Below are positions 27,370 through 40,656 of a stretch of 64,000 bases of DNA, piece after piece (position 1 is the stretch's first letter; each line of letters begins with the position of its first letter). Below the pieces are notes generated by a model. The model did not search any database, had not been told where the DNA came from, and saw nothing but the letters and a program-made list of their open reading frames with translations. Source of the stretch: Antedon mediterranea (Eukaryota; Animalia; Echinodermata); assembly GCF_964355755.1 (NCBI RefSeq), contig NC_092673.1, forward strand, positions 12,930,948 to 12,994,947. The letters run 5' to 3'. The position numbers and the translations under genes are program-made.

Positions 27370-29360
27370 AAAATGCCAAAATATAATAAGACACAAATAA
27401 AAGAGTACCATCAAAGACACAAAGCTAAATGTTTAGAAGAAGACCAAGCACGAAAAAGAATGCAAAGGAGCTGATAAAGAATATTCCAGATAAATACACT
27501 GAATATTATAAAGCAAAGAATGCCAGGTGAAAGAGAGAAAAAAGCTTGACAAAAATCCATATGCACTCAAACCAAAAAAGAAACAATGAGAAACAGAAGA
27601 CCAAATGGTATTTAAACACTGTTCGACATACAATCGCAGTATGAAAAAAGGCCAAATCAATTTTCAATTTTTTCTGGGTTAGTAAATGAGCTGAGTCCAG
27701 AGCAACAACAGCAAATAAGGGTTAGCCCACCAAAATCAATGAGGAAGTCAACAAAATTAACTGATGAGCGAAAGAAGTTCATACAAGAATTTGTGAAACG
27801 ACATGATATGTCTTACACATGTCCAGGAAGGAATGATAATGTTTACTGCGGCGTTGTTGATGGTTATCGAACATACAAAGAAAAACGTTATTAGCTCTGG
27901 ACAATTATGAAATGCACTCTTTGTGCTGAATGAAGAGCTTACCAAAATTTATGGTGATGATGCAATTGTGGGTTATTGTACATTTTACAGACATTTGAAA
28001 ACACTGAGAGAGGTAAAGCTCCAAGCAAATATTCTGCATTCTTCTTGCCTGTGCCCTAAATGTGAAAACTTGGACTTGCTAATACAAGCGATCAACTGTC
28101 ATTGCCTACCTCTTTCAAAGACGCAAATTCTAAGCAACATTGTTTGTGACCCAAAAAAAACGCTATGTGTGTAGCTGGAAAATGCATATGGAATGGATGC
28201 TTTAAAATTAGAAGGTTTAGAAGAAGTGGATGAGGTTCTGGCCTACCAGTACTAGTGGCAAAAAAAAAATTCAAAGAAATATCCAGAAATACTCCTCTTT
28301 CATTACTTTGGCGATGAGATGTTGGCCTTCTTCAAGAAGCAACTAATGGAGTATAAACATCACCGATACAGCATAAAACGACAGTATGAAGCAATGAATA
28401 TTATCAAAGACAACTGCCTATTGATGCTGCATTGTTCCAGGTAGATTTTAGCGAAAATTATTCCAACGGACAACAAAAATGAAATACAATCTGCCTACTT
28501 TAGTCATGAGTAATTTGCCATATACACAGTTTGTTTATGGTTCAGAGATCAGGCTAGCCATACCTTGTCAGTCAAGAGTATTGCCAAGGTGTCAGACGGC
28601 ACAGATCACTCCAAGTTTTTAGCCTTTCAATGCAATAAGCAATTACTAGAATTAGCTAAGAAATGTGTACCTAATTGTAATGAAGACCACTTTTTCATTG
28701 ATGGCTGTGCCTCTCAATTTAAGTCAAACTACTTTTTTTATATGATAAAATTCCAGAAGTCAATTAAACTTACTATTTTGAAAGTCATCATGGCAAAGGC
28801 CCTGTTGATGCCATTGGTGGAAAAGTTAAGAATCATGTATATCGAGATGTAATGCAAGGCAAAATTGTAATTAAGTCTGCTAAAGAGTTTGCCTCTTATG
28901 CAAATTCTGTATTAAATAAATGTGGTTTTTGTGCCAAAAAGCATGGTCCAAGAATATGATGTTTGCAGTGCAGTTGCTGTTGATAGAACACATAGTGTTC
29001 ATTGCGTTGAGAGAATTATGAATGATGGCATTTACAAGTATTCACAGTATTGTCAAAATGAAGAATCTTTCAGCAAAGTGGTATGTGATTGAAGAGAGTC
29101 AAGAGAGCGAGAAAGTGTCTGGAGATGAAGATGTTGAAGAAAGAGTGGATGAACAAAAATATCATCAAACAAAGGTGGGAGAATGTTACTTGTTAATTAC
29201 AATGGTAGCAACTATCCAGGAATAGTTAAATCCTTAGGCCTAACTTCACAGAGTCTAGAGACATTGAAGTAACCTGTAAATTGCAAATTGGAAATGGCCA
29301 GAAAAACCTGATATTTTGTTGGTATAAACAAGGCCAAATCATAAAGTCCCTTCAATCTCC
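27370..29360 (+). pseudogene. Degraded DNA transposase, Sola2-like
   Basis: SCLCPKCEN, QVDFSENY, EIQSAYF, FIDGCASQFK, YFESHHGKGPVDAIGGKVK, THSVHC, WKWPEKPD motifs in order; many frameshifts. Superfamily named from recall. Confidence 0.7.
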
Positions 29361-29369
29361 AAATGAAAT

Positions 29370-29800
29370 AGTGCTAATTAGGCTAGGCTACCTACTATAG
29401 GCCTAGTTTAGGCCTACGTATCCGTAACTTTTTAATTTCTTGGTCAATTTTTTTCATCTAAAGTTCAAAATGCTTCAAATACAGGCTCCTAAAGTACTAC
29501 TAGGCTAGGGTTAGGCCTATGCCCTAGCTAACCTAAGCCTAGCTCGGCCTAGGGCCTACTAGCCTAGCCTAGGTAGAGGCTACTGTAGGCTAGGCCTAGC
29601 CTAGACCTCGTTTTAGGCGTTGCATTCATCTTACCTTGCGAAGAAATGATACATACCTAGTAGGCCTAGCCTAGGCCTCCTAGCCTAGGCCTAGGCTAGG
29701 CCTCCTATAGGTAGGCCCCTACCCTAATTACTAATTAATGATTCCTTAGCAACAAAATATTCACTTAGGCCTAGACCTAAGCTAGGTTTAAATTAACAGA
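29370..29800. repeat. TAGGCCTA/CTAG low-complexity tract
   Basis: Dense TAGGC/GCCTA words; similar tracts at 20400-20850, 37100-37240 and 49070-49190. Confidence 0.8.
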
Positions 29801-30109
29801 AGAATTTCCATCAAAGCCTACATTAAAAATAATGTTATTATCAGGTAGGCCTGGCCCTGGCCGAATAAATAATATTATCTTTGATAATAATTCGTCTTCT
29901 TAACTTCGCTCTCCGCCGATCCTCTCTCTCGCGAGCCGAATCACCCCCCGGCGCGGCGGCGAGCCGCATGTTGTTTTCAGCGCGCCGCGCGTACCAGGTT
30001 GATACCGTGAGCATTGACCAATCACAAACAGTCTTTCGGCGCACGTAGAAGGCGAATAAAAAAATGAGGGCGCTTTAATTGAGAATTCTGAGCAGCAGCA
30101 GGAGCAGAG

Positions 30110-31215
30110 ATTTTTATTTTTATTTATTTATTTGGAATTACACCTTTAGATCGGTGGCACACTTAGTACAAACATAGAGATATTATAGTGTGCATCCTTC
30201 ACAATAACAATATAACAATTAATGAATTACATAGAGAAAAGTATAAAGGCAAAAACAACTATTAACCCCTATCCTACCCCACCCCCAATTTACATCAATA
30301 GGCCTACATACAGTAGATCATTACTTTATACAAATGAATACAAAACAAAATATAGCAAAAGTGTATTAAATAAAATCACCTGACTAAACACAGGTTATTA
30401 CGAAACCCACCAACCCCCTCCCCCACCCCTTTTCAATTTACTTAATGTAGCAATGTAGATAATATAGTTATTGAGTCATGGAATTCAGTGAATCATTTCG
30501 AAATTTCCATGCTTTTTTTAGATATCTTTTACAAAAACTATCCAAAATATTTTCACACTCTTCATCAAATTTTCTGAGTACCCCAAAATATATTTAAGTT
30601 TGTCATTTTCATGGGAAGTATAAAAAGTATCAAACATATCTTTACTGCCATTTCTATACATTTCCACATATAAATTAAATAATTCCTGATTACGTATATT
30701 ATTTAAAGCTGGACAATTAAGGATAAAATGATGGATGTCTTCGTCCGAATTTGTACTGCATAATTTACATTTGTTATTATTATTAATATTCCAATTTGCA
30801 GTTCTACCATTTAAAGGTAGAGTATTTGAACGAACTTTAAATTTTAATGCAGCACCTTCAAAATTAGTTTTATCAATTAAGTCCAGGTTTTGATTTTAAT
30901 GTTTCATAGATGTGTAGACTTGATTTTTTTTGTAATTCAATTCTCCATTCATCTATCATTATAGAGTTAAGTTTTCTTAAGATTTCAGAAATTGGAAAGT
31001 AGACTGTACTTCTTTATAATTTGAGAGAGTGGTGAAAATATTTTTGGATTCACAATTACACTTCAAGAGAATATCGTTTATACAATATAGAAACTTATAC
31101 CTTAAGTCTTTATTCACAAATAAGTTGTAGCATTCCAATAAATATAATTTTCAGCCATCGATAGTTTTCCATCTTTATAGTTCTATGGAAGTATTTCATA
31201 CGGAGAGCGTTTTAG
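30110..31215 (-). mobile_element. 3' end of a non-LTR retrotransposon with CCHC zinc finger (RTEX/L1-like) and A-rich tail
   Basis: Minus strand gives LKFKVRSNTLPLNGR and KCKLCSTNSDEDIHHFILNCPALNNIR; (TTTA)n tail at 30110-30132. Confidence 0.7.
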
Positions 31216-31319
31216 ATCTCGTTAGAGATGTATAAGCCTTCGACTTTTTGGATTATTTCTTCAAGCAAGTTACGTGGCGCGGCGTGTAAAACGTTGTCAC
31301 GTGATGATAATATAATAAT

Positions 31320-31890
31320 AAATAATAAAGAGTTGTGACTTTGAATGGAGTAGAAGCCATGTTTGTGTCCAACTATTCGTCTTCTTAACTGCTCCATGTA
31401 AAGTATGGAGTTGAGTCTTTTGTTTTGAAAATAGGCCTATATAACGTTCAAAGGGCTTTAACTATCGAATTTAATATCAAAACAATCAATTTGTTAAAAA
31501 GTTTTTTGTTAAAATAATACAAAAAATATAAAGTTACTGCGAACATGATTTTAAACAACAAAAATAGCAATTTCGGAACGGCTCTGGCTGTGCGCTCCAT
31601 GCACGCCCTACGCGTGCACGTTTAGTTTGTACAGCATTTTGTTATTTAAAATCAAGTTCGCAGTAACTTTATGATTTCGTTATTATCTTAACAAAAACCT
31701 TAAAACAAATTGATTGTTTTGATATTAAATTCGAGATTTAAAGCCTTGTGAATGTTATACATTTTTTAACCAAATTACTCGACTCCATACTCTACATTAT
31801 AAGCATAGTTGGACACAAAGATGGCCGGTGTGCACCCCACGTCACTTTCTAAAATCTGTGAACGCAATGCCGTAACTCTTTATTTATGGC
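31320..31890. mobile_element. Foldback/MITE-like element with long imperfect inverted arms
   Basis: 31397-31570 is the reverse complement of 31633-31797 (e.g. TCGAATTTAATATCAAAACAATCAATTTG / CAAATTGATTGTTTTGATATTAAATTCGA). Confidence 0.75.
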
Positions 31891-33374
31891 TCTGATTCAA
31901 CCAAAGATCTTAGAAACTTTCTAAGATCTTTGATTCAACTTAGAGCCATATATATAAAGAGCCATATATAAAGAGTTAAACTTTTACATGTTTTGTTTAA
32001 AATTATGTTCTGTAATTCCTAATTTATAAAAAAATTAATTCAGTAAATGTATTTTTTGCAGATCGTTGCATTTCATTATAGTGGGGTTCACATGGAACTA
32101 TTTTCTACTAACTGGACTAACCTTGACAAAATCCCGTTCTTTGGTACAATTATGTCTAGTTAATTCAATTTCATAAAAACCTGGTATTGAAGATTTTAAA
32201 TACTATTTTATGTATAAAATCATCTCTTTTTTTTATTTATCCTTTATGTTGTTTACTTTTAACTTGTGATTACCAATTAGTCAATTGTTAAATTTTGTAT
32301 ACTTTTTTTATATACTTTTCAGTATAGTAAATATTGTAGGCCTACCATCTTCTCTAATATCTGTTAGACCTCTGTTCCTCATCAGACATAGTTCATTTAA
32401 TTTTTTTAGGACATTTTACGGTAGTACACAATGAAGAATAACCATATTCTTTGCAATTTAAATGTAAAATATGAAAATTCTTCAATTGGGTTAAAAAATT
32501 CTTTAATTTCATTGGTGCAAATGAGACTGAAGGTCACCTGCTGGGTTGTTAATTGGATTACCCTCATAAAATAACTGGCTATCCTTGGATTTAGTTCTAA
32601 ATCCAAGCAGCAATAATTGTCCAGAAAAAACCATCATCCGGACATAATTGAGCGTTCACATCCAAATTATGGCGAGATCATATAGATAATCTAGTTAAAC
32701 TAACTAGCCATAGTTCGATGTGAACGCCACTTATAACAAATTGGTATTTAAATTAAAGCATAAGCCAATCATACGTCACTACATATGAAGTAATTCGTTC
32801 AAGTATTTACATAGGCTATGTATAGGCCTATATCAGAGAGGTTTAATATTAAAGCCGAAGGCTGAAGGGCGTACCTTCATGATTCAACTCCGAGCTATAT
32901 ATTGAAAGAGTTACACATTTACATTTTTTGTCTAAAATCATGTTCAGTAATTCTTAATTTATAAACAAATTAATTCGATAAATGTAATTTTTGCAGAATG
33001 TGGCATTTGGTATTATAACATACAAGTTTGTATTTAAACCAAAGCATAAGCCAATCATACGTCAATACATCAGCACATCCCCCTTAACATTACACATCAT
33101 CATCACAGTGGTCCGTCGTCTATTATGACTGATTTATGGATCAGTTTCCTCTACTTGATTCTGCATTCAGTCAGTTATACACACAGGTTTTTCTTTTGCT
33201 TTCAGGTTTGTGTATTTATTTTTTCTTTGCTAAGACCATTAATTTGAAACACAACAAAAATGTTTGTAACCACAATTAATCTAAATTTATTTAGTAGGCA
33301 ATATTTGTGACTTTACATATTTTGCTTTCAGAAAAGATTCTTCGTCAATTTCTCTAAATATCGTTTCAGCTTCT

Positions 33375-34470
33375 TTAAGTATATGTTTTTCGAACGTAAT
33401 CCGTTCTAACGAATTAGTAATTCGTTTGAACGGATTAATAATCTGTTCAAACCAATTAGTAATCCGTTCAAACGAATTGTAACATATACAACAAGTGCGA
33501 AAGCCCATTAATGACATTTTAAGTATATGTTTTTTTAACGTAATCCGTTCTAACGAATTAATAATTCGTTCGAACGGATTAATAATCTGTTCAAACGAAT
33601 TAATAATCCGTTCAAACAAATTGCAACATATACTATCAAGTGCCATTTAAAGTATATGTTGTAATTCGTTTGAACGGATTACTAATCCATTCAAACGAAT
33701 TACTAATTTGTTTAAACAGATTAATAATCTGTTCAAACGAATTAAGAATCCGTTCAAACGGATTAGTAATTTGTTTAAACGGATTACTAATTTGTTTAAA
33801 CGAATTACTATTTCGTTCAAACGAATTACTAATTCGTTGAAACAGATTAGTAATCCGTTTAAACAAATTAGTAATTCGTTTGAAAGGATTAGTAATCCGT
33901 TCAAACAAATTACAACATATACTTTAAATGGCACTTGTTGTATATGTTGCAATTCGTTTGAACAGATTATTAATCCGTTCAAACGAATACTAATTCGTTA
34001 GAACGGATTACGTTCGAAAAACACATACTTAAAATGGCATTAATAAATTATTTTTAACAACTGCATGGAAAGAACGCAACGAAATTTATAATATCCGTCC
34101 ATAACACAATCTTTTACTTTTCGCTCAAATGTATTGAGTGTATTTTTATAACCTAATGTGTATATACTTTTTAATGTAATAATTTATAATGTTTGTATTT
34201 GATTGTGTAGTAAGATAAGTCCATATTAATTTTGTTGTTGTTGCACATCTCTTGAGAATTGTGCCTCTGTTATAAAAGAGAAACAATAAAGTTATTATTA
34301 TTAACATATACTTTGAATGGCACTTGTTGTATATGTTGCAATTCGTTTGAACGGATTACTAATTCGTTTGAACAGATAATCCGTTCAAACGGATTAGTAA
34401 TTTGTTTAAACGGATTACTAATTTGTTGAAACGAATTACTAATTCGTTCAAACGAATTAGTAATCCGTAA
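33375..34470. repeat. Cluster of MITE-like units built from 21-bp repeats (TAATCCGTTCAAACGAATTAG-like) in both orientations
   Basis: 33376-33490 is inverted relative to 33925-34032; another block at 34300-34470. The periodic ORFs here are repeat artefacts. Confidence 0.8.
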
Positions 34471-34830
34471 CATCGTCCATGACATTGCGCCACGCACCCT
34501 GGCCTTCTCCGCGCCTTTTTTAAATGACTACTTTTAAGCACAACAAAAAATCACTTTGATCACAATTTATTTCTGTTAATGTATTTGAATCGTTTTCTTA
34601 TAGTCACAACAAACATGAGAAAGATAACGAAAGACATATATCTGTCTAACCTTTAATCAAATTGTATTTAATATGATATTCATCAAAGACAGCATAAATG
34701 GTTATCGTTCATAAAACGAAAACTTTTAAATTTCGTTTGTTTCATGCAAGATACATGTTTATCTATTTATCGTTACATGGGCCTTCTTTTATACAGATTC
34801 AATTTAGCATAAATTCAAATGAGCCTTACA

Positions 34831-35721
34831 CTTTGATGATTGATTGAACACTGATGTGACAAAAGGCATCATATTGGTTTGATTCCAATTTTTGTCCCTT
34901 ACTAACAGTAACTCCAAGTGGACTACAGCCATGTACATAAGAGTACGCAATATATTTGTCTTTTATCCATGATCTCTTCAGTTGGCTATAGCCAGCTAGA
35001 TTAGCTGCTTCAAGTTGTTTTGGGGAGGCCAGTGAACCACCGATTTCTGTACATTTCTTTCCATTGTCTGCGTGTAATTCAAGACATTCCTAGGCGAATC
35101 TGTTGGCGATATATTACACCATGATCTGGATATGGGTAAGCTTGTAATAAATGGTGGAATCGACAGTTCTAAATTTATTTCCCGTTATTGCGTTTTCCTA
35201 ACATATTTCTGCGTTTTCAGCCCTTGATTTTTGGTTGTTTGAAAAACCAAACATGTTTCACACGTCTTAACACCATTTACGCTAGAGCTATACAGCTCCA
35301 TTGGTAACGCATGTGCCGTTAAACTCATCTCTACAGCGTGTTTGTGCATCGGCGTAGTGATATCCCTGTGTGCTATCATAGCTAATAAGCAGAATTCTGC
35401 AGTCAGATCAGAATGGTAATTCCAAAAAGGCATGATGATAGAGTTTATGTAACAACAGAAACAAGAATATAATGCTGCACGATCCTAATAAAGATTACAA
35501 CGAAGATCTGGACTAACCAGTTCACACATTGTCTGGTCGTTACTGAACGTTACCTCACCACTAATCAGCCAACAGATATCACACGTCAAATTTACACCGT
35601 ACTTGATGGCAGATATCAGTATTTCGTAAGGAGCAAGAAATCCTTTTAAATGACGATATTCAGTAAACGCTTGGTCATAATTTACATTACGTGATATTTT
35701 AACAACAATTCCGTCCCATAC
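34831..35721 (-). pseudogene. Disrupted exon encoding three tandem Link (Xlink, C-type-lectin-fold)-like modules
   Basis: Manual translation: NYDQAFTEYRHLKGFLAPYEILISAIKYGVNLTCDICWLISGEV..YSCFC; GYHYADAQTRCRDEFNGT..MELYSSSVNGVKTCETC; LNYTQ..KCTEIGGSLASPKQLEAANLAGYSQLKRSWIKDKYIAY..GC..GV..YDAFC. AG acceptor at 35723-35722. Confidence 0.65.
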
Positions 35722-36419
35722 CTATATATAGGCCTAGAGATAAAACACATATTAAAAATATATTATGAAAATATAGCCTATATATATAGTATGTATACTG
35801 GATATTTATCGAGAGATTAACATAAATTTGTTAACGTTTTTATACTTAAAATGACTTTATATTCCAAATTCACTCCAGTTATAGACCCATTTTGTCTTGG
35901 TTAAATTCACATCTTTTTCGCATTAACTGTTATATATGAACATGTGTAATCTCCAAGTCGTAGGGAGCGTTGGGCGCAGCGAATAGCAGTGAGTATCTCA
36001 ACAACAGTTGTTACCAGATCATTACTTTCGGCTAACTAGAATAAAGATCTTTGATTTCAAACCTGGCGAGTGGAAAAAAAGCAGGTAGATCAAGTAAGGC
36101 GAAAAATATTTAGGCCTACTACACTTTACCTTTTGCCATCCGTTGTCTCTTTAAAATAGTCGATAGTTAAATCAGACTTATAATAATCCTAAACTCCCCA
36201 CCCACCCTAGCTCTAGCTATAGGTATGCACTGCGCTGCCACTAGCCTATTTCGGGTCTCATGTATTGCACCATCTGATAATACATAGGCATACTATAATA
36301 CTGTACATTGTTATTTTTTTTTATTCTCACTGAAAGTAGGCTATCTAGGCTTTCCTGTATGTTAAAATGAAATATATTATTTATTATCCTCAGCAGCAGT
36401 GAAAAAAATTATATTTTGT

Positions 36420-36605
36420 TGTTGAATATGCCGTAATTTTAATTGTCAAAAAAATGATCGTCAGTCGATGGCTCGGGAGTTTCGATAAATCTCGCTTCGC
36501 ATGTTTCTGGTGGTAAAACACTCTCAGCAAGTTTGCTTCATTAACATGCATGAGACTCTGTGACGACCCGCTTTAACGTGACGTCATTTTACTTTAGCTG
36601 CTTGC
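36420..36605 (+). repeat. Interspersed repeat, also present at 56097-56280
   Basis: GTTGAATATGCCGT ... CGTCAGTCGATGGCTCGG ... TTTACTTTAGCTGC shared by both copies. Confidence 0.85.
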
Positions 36606-37247
36606 GAAGAAGTTGTCACTTTTTGAACTGCGATAACATTGTAGATTAACATCCAGCCTTCGACTATACATCATCAAAGATAGTGTCTTTGACATCATGC
36701 ACATGTGTGTGCAACAAACAACAACTAGAGGTACGTCGCCTGGTTGGCCTTGTAAGAAGATGTACACTATTCTACAGGCCTACAGTAGTACTACCAGGGA
36801 GTTGTTGTTAAACCCTGATACTACTATTCGAATTATTTTAAAACATACCCTGCTTTTATCTATAACGCCACTGATTTCTGAAAATCATGTCATCAGCTAA
36901 ATACGTAGGGGGCCTAGTCAGAATAAGACTACAGTACAGTATTACTAAAAGACTGCACACACTAACTAGGCCTAGCTACTCACACATTGATCATCCAGAG
37001 CGGCCGGATTGACATGCAAGGTAGGAAGGGTACTGTAAAGTTTAGCTAAAGTAATAAACCATGGGGTTTTTTGGGCGGGGTGATAATACTGTAAAAGAGA
37101 CCAGACCTCTAGGCTAGAGACATACTAATTTGCGGCAATCTAGGCCTAATAATAGATATAGGCCTAGTTAGAAGTGAATAAAACAATTTTCTAATTATTA
37201 AATAATGTAGCCTAGGCCCGAGCCTAGGCCCTAGGCCTATATATTAA

Positions 37248-38253
37248 ATCGCCGTGGCTAGAGATACGGTACCGTATCCTACTGTAACTTCGGTTTACTA
37301 AAGGTACGGTAAAATCGCATTACGTCATAATCAGCCAATGGGATGCTGGTACGTGTGTGACGTCATCGTATAAGGACTTGGATTTTTGTTTCATATCGCG
37401 TCTGTACTACCCTGAATGCCTCGGCGGCGCCAGGCTGCGCTGCATGGATGTGTTCGTTGATTCTGTGACTCAGCCCCGGAGCCCGGAGCTAGACCTAGCA
37501 ATTGAATCCAGAAGTTTAATAACGGGCGACAATGTCGATGCTGTAGTAATGGAGCAATTTCATGTGGTTGGTGGGCGTTTAAAACATGCACTCAATCTCA
37601 AATATTATTTCATTATACAACATACAGTAGTATTATAATCAGATATGTTAACAGCCAAATTAGTAAAGGAATTATAATTAAATTGAAAATTGTGTTGCGT
37701 CTAGTTTATTCGTCCATAGTTACTATGAGTGTTTTATTTTTATTCCAAATGGCCTATTTAGGCCTATATTTTTTATTAAAGTTTGTTTACAGATGGGGAC
37801 CATAAACAACAAGCAAATGCGGACAATAAAGGGGCCCTCAAATACTATTGATTTAGACAGTAGCCCCAGGGCCGAGTGACAGAAATCAACGCACACGCAG
37901 CAGCTGGCCCCAGCCTGGCACCGCTTTCTACACGAACAAACTCATATAATGAGGATACCACGTATTTCTGTATTATAGAATTAAAATCAACATGTTTTGG
38001 ATTTTCAATAATAACAGACGTAGGCTATACATTTAGTTTTTGTCACACACGACGGCGATAATAGTGATAAATGAAGCATAAAGAAAATGTTAAGCGGTTG
38101 ATCACTGTTACCGCGATATGAAAAAAATCCAAAGTCCTTATGACGTCACACACGTCCCAGCACTCCATTGGCTGATTATGACGTAATGCAATTTTACCGT
38201 ACCTTTAGCAAACGGAAGTTAGGATACTGTACCGTATCTTTAGCCATGGCGAT
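37248..38253. mobile_element. MITE with about 150-bp TIRs and probable 5-bp ATTAA TSD
   Basis: ATTAA|ATCGCCGTGGCTAGAGATACGGTAC ... GTACCGTATCTTTAGCCATGGCGAT|ATTAA. Confidence 0.85.
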
Positions 38254-38569
38254 ATTAAATATCATTTATTAAAATACATAAAATGAGCGCCATTAAGTTG
38301 GTTACTACTATTCCTTATTCGACATTCGTCAATGGAAGTAGGTTCCTTATTCGACATTCGCTAGGTTAGGCCAAAATTTATAAATTGATAATTTCCCAGC
38401 GGTAAATATGCCTTGCGCCACCAACCAATCTCCTGCTGTTACTCCCTATTCGACGTTCACTTGGCCGCGGCTGACCGCCTGGCCCAAATTCCTACCAAAG
38501 TAGACGTACCAATCTAGTGCCCCACCATGGTTGGGGCTGTGGCGAAGCGATTTTTGGTAATTTACACCC

Positions 38570-39520
38570 TAGATGGCCGGAAATGGTACTCTTGCACATA
38601 ACATTTATGTTGAATGACACCTCTGGTTTGGCCGGAAATAACACTTATAGTGCGCTAGCAAACAACAAAACGATCGTAGCCAACTTTTTCTGCCGGTAAA
38701 CATACGCGAAGAAACATTTTTTTGCATTCATTACGAACGTCAGGGGGAGTTCCTCAATGAAAAAAATAGGCCTAATCTAAGCATACTCATCAGTAGGACA
38801 ACTCTAGTTGGCCGGAAACGAAACTTTATAGCGCACTAGCAAACAGTAAAACCATCGTAGCATACTTTTTCCGCCAGTAAACATACGCGATAAAAAAATG
38901 TTTTTGCGTTCAATACAAACGTCAAGGGGAATTCCCCGATGAAATAAAACTAGGCCTACTCATGGGTAGGACAACTCTGTAGTTGGCCGGAAAGACACTT
39001 CATAGCGTGCTAGCAAACCGCACGATCGTAGCCTACTTTTTCCGCCGGTAAACATACGCAATAAGAAACATTTTTTGCGTTCATTACGAATGTCAAGGGG
39101 AATTCCCCGATGAAATAAAAAATGCCTACTCATCAGTAGGACAACTCTGTAGTTGGCCGGAAAGCACACTTCATAGCGCGCTAGCAAAGCAAACAGCCCG
39201 ATCGTAGCCTACTTTTCCGCAGGTAAACATACACGATAAATGAAAAAAAAATATGCCTACTCATCAGTAGGCAACTGTAGTTAGCCGGAAACGACAACTC
39301 ATAGTGCGTTAGCAAACATTAAAACGATTGTAGCCTACTTTTTTTTCCGCCGGCGGGTAAACATATGCGATAAAAAACATTTTTTGCGTTCAAATACAAA
39401 CATCGGGGGCAAGTCCCGAGGAAATAAAACTAGGCCTACTCATTAGTAAGACACCTCTAGTTGCCCGGAAATAAGACTTCATAGCGCACTAGCAAATAGG
39501 AAAACAATTGTAGCCTTCTT
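38570..39520 (+). repeat. Diverged tandem repeat, unit about 175 bp
   Basis: TTGGCCGGAAA .. ATAGCGCGCTAGCAAAC .. CCGGTAAACATACGC recurs at ~38628, 38808, 38983, 39153, 39280 and 39461. Confidence 0.85.
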
Positions 39521-40390
39521 CTTGAATGTATTATACGATCAAAGCAGCTACCATTGAATTGCGCCTAGAAAATCAATCGCCCCTTTGTCATTTGATGATG
39601 TGCGTATGTTATTGTTACCGACAAAAGAGTAAATCCCACCGATCCATAGAGAGTCGATTAATTCAATGTGATATTGAATCATATCATTGATATTCAGTTT
39701 TTAATACACATAACATGTTTACAAGAAAAATAATACAATCAATCATTGTTTTAACTGAAAACTTTATTTACAATATACAAGTTACCACATTTTAGACGAT
39801 TCAGACAACAGCCAATACTAGAGATCGAAAGAGAGACATGGCAGTAACAAAACACGTGCTTACATCTCTCGGCGGCGGCCGGTGAAAGCACCATGTGACA
39901 TACAGTATCGCAGTACTGATATCACAATACCATGTGACATCTCTTGTCACTCGACTTTCTCACGAAGTAGGGCCTAAAACATTCTAGCACCGATGTACAA
40001 ATGTACCTTAAGTTAAGTGAAATAAGACGTTAGCGCACTAGCAAATAGGAAAACGATCGTAGCCTTCTTGAATGTATTATACGATCAAAGCAGCTAGCAT
40101 TGAATTGCGCCTAGAAATCATTTGATGACGTGCGTATGTTACCGACGAAAGAGTAAATCCCACCGATAGAGTCGATTAATTCAGTGCGATATTGAAAATA
40201 ATAATATCATTGATATTTATTTTTAATACACATAACATTTTTACAAGAAAAACAATACAATTAATCAGTTACTTTATTTACAATATACAAGTTACCACAT
40301 TTTAGACAACAGCCAATACTAGAGATCGAAAGAGGACATGGCAGTAACAAAACACGTGTTTACATCTCTCGGCGGCGGCCGGTGAAAGCT
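39469..40390 (+). repeat. Tandem duplication of about 400 bp (39469-39888 vs 40019-40389)
   Basis: Both copies run from AAATAAGAC..TAGCGCACTAGCAAATAGG to GGCGGCGGCCGGTGAAAGC. Confidence 0.9.
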
Positions 40391-40544
40391 CAGTTGTTTA
40401 ACACTTTGTTACGCAGTCTTTTGTTTTTCGTCTAGTGGTCATGTCACGTGTCTCGTATGCATTAGGCTCTTTATGCATGCCGCGCCTCAGCTCTAGAGAA
40501 AGTACCTGCCTGTTAATCTATTTTTAGATTGTTGTGGTTGATAT

Positions 40545-40656
40545 TTTTAAGCGTCACGGATAAGGTTTTAAGCATCACGGCCGACCGTAAAGCGTCACGG
40601 TAGAGAACCCAAGCGTCACGGTACCGTGACGCTTCAAAGGCCTGGGGAGAACACTG
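40545..40656. mobile_element. Orphan hAT-like terminus with AAGCGTCACGG subterminal repeats
   Basis: Four direct and one inverted AAGCGTCACGG-type units, ending GGGGAGAACACTG. Confidence 0.6.

Noticed and set aside
33287-34541. Heptad or leucine-rich ORFs
   Set aside because: Artefacts of 21-bp repeats that are open in several frames on both strands.
35185-35433. IAHRDI as a kinase catalytic loop in the listed ORF
   Set aside because: No DFG or Gly loop nearby; an overlapping frame fits the Link-like repeat better.
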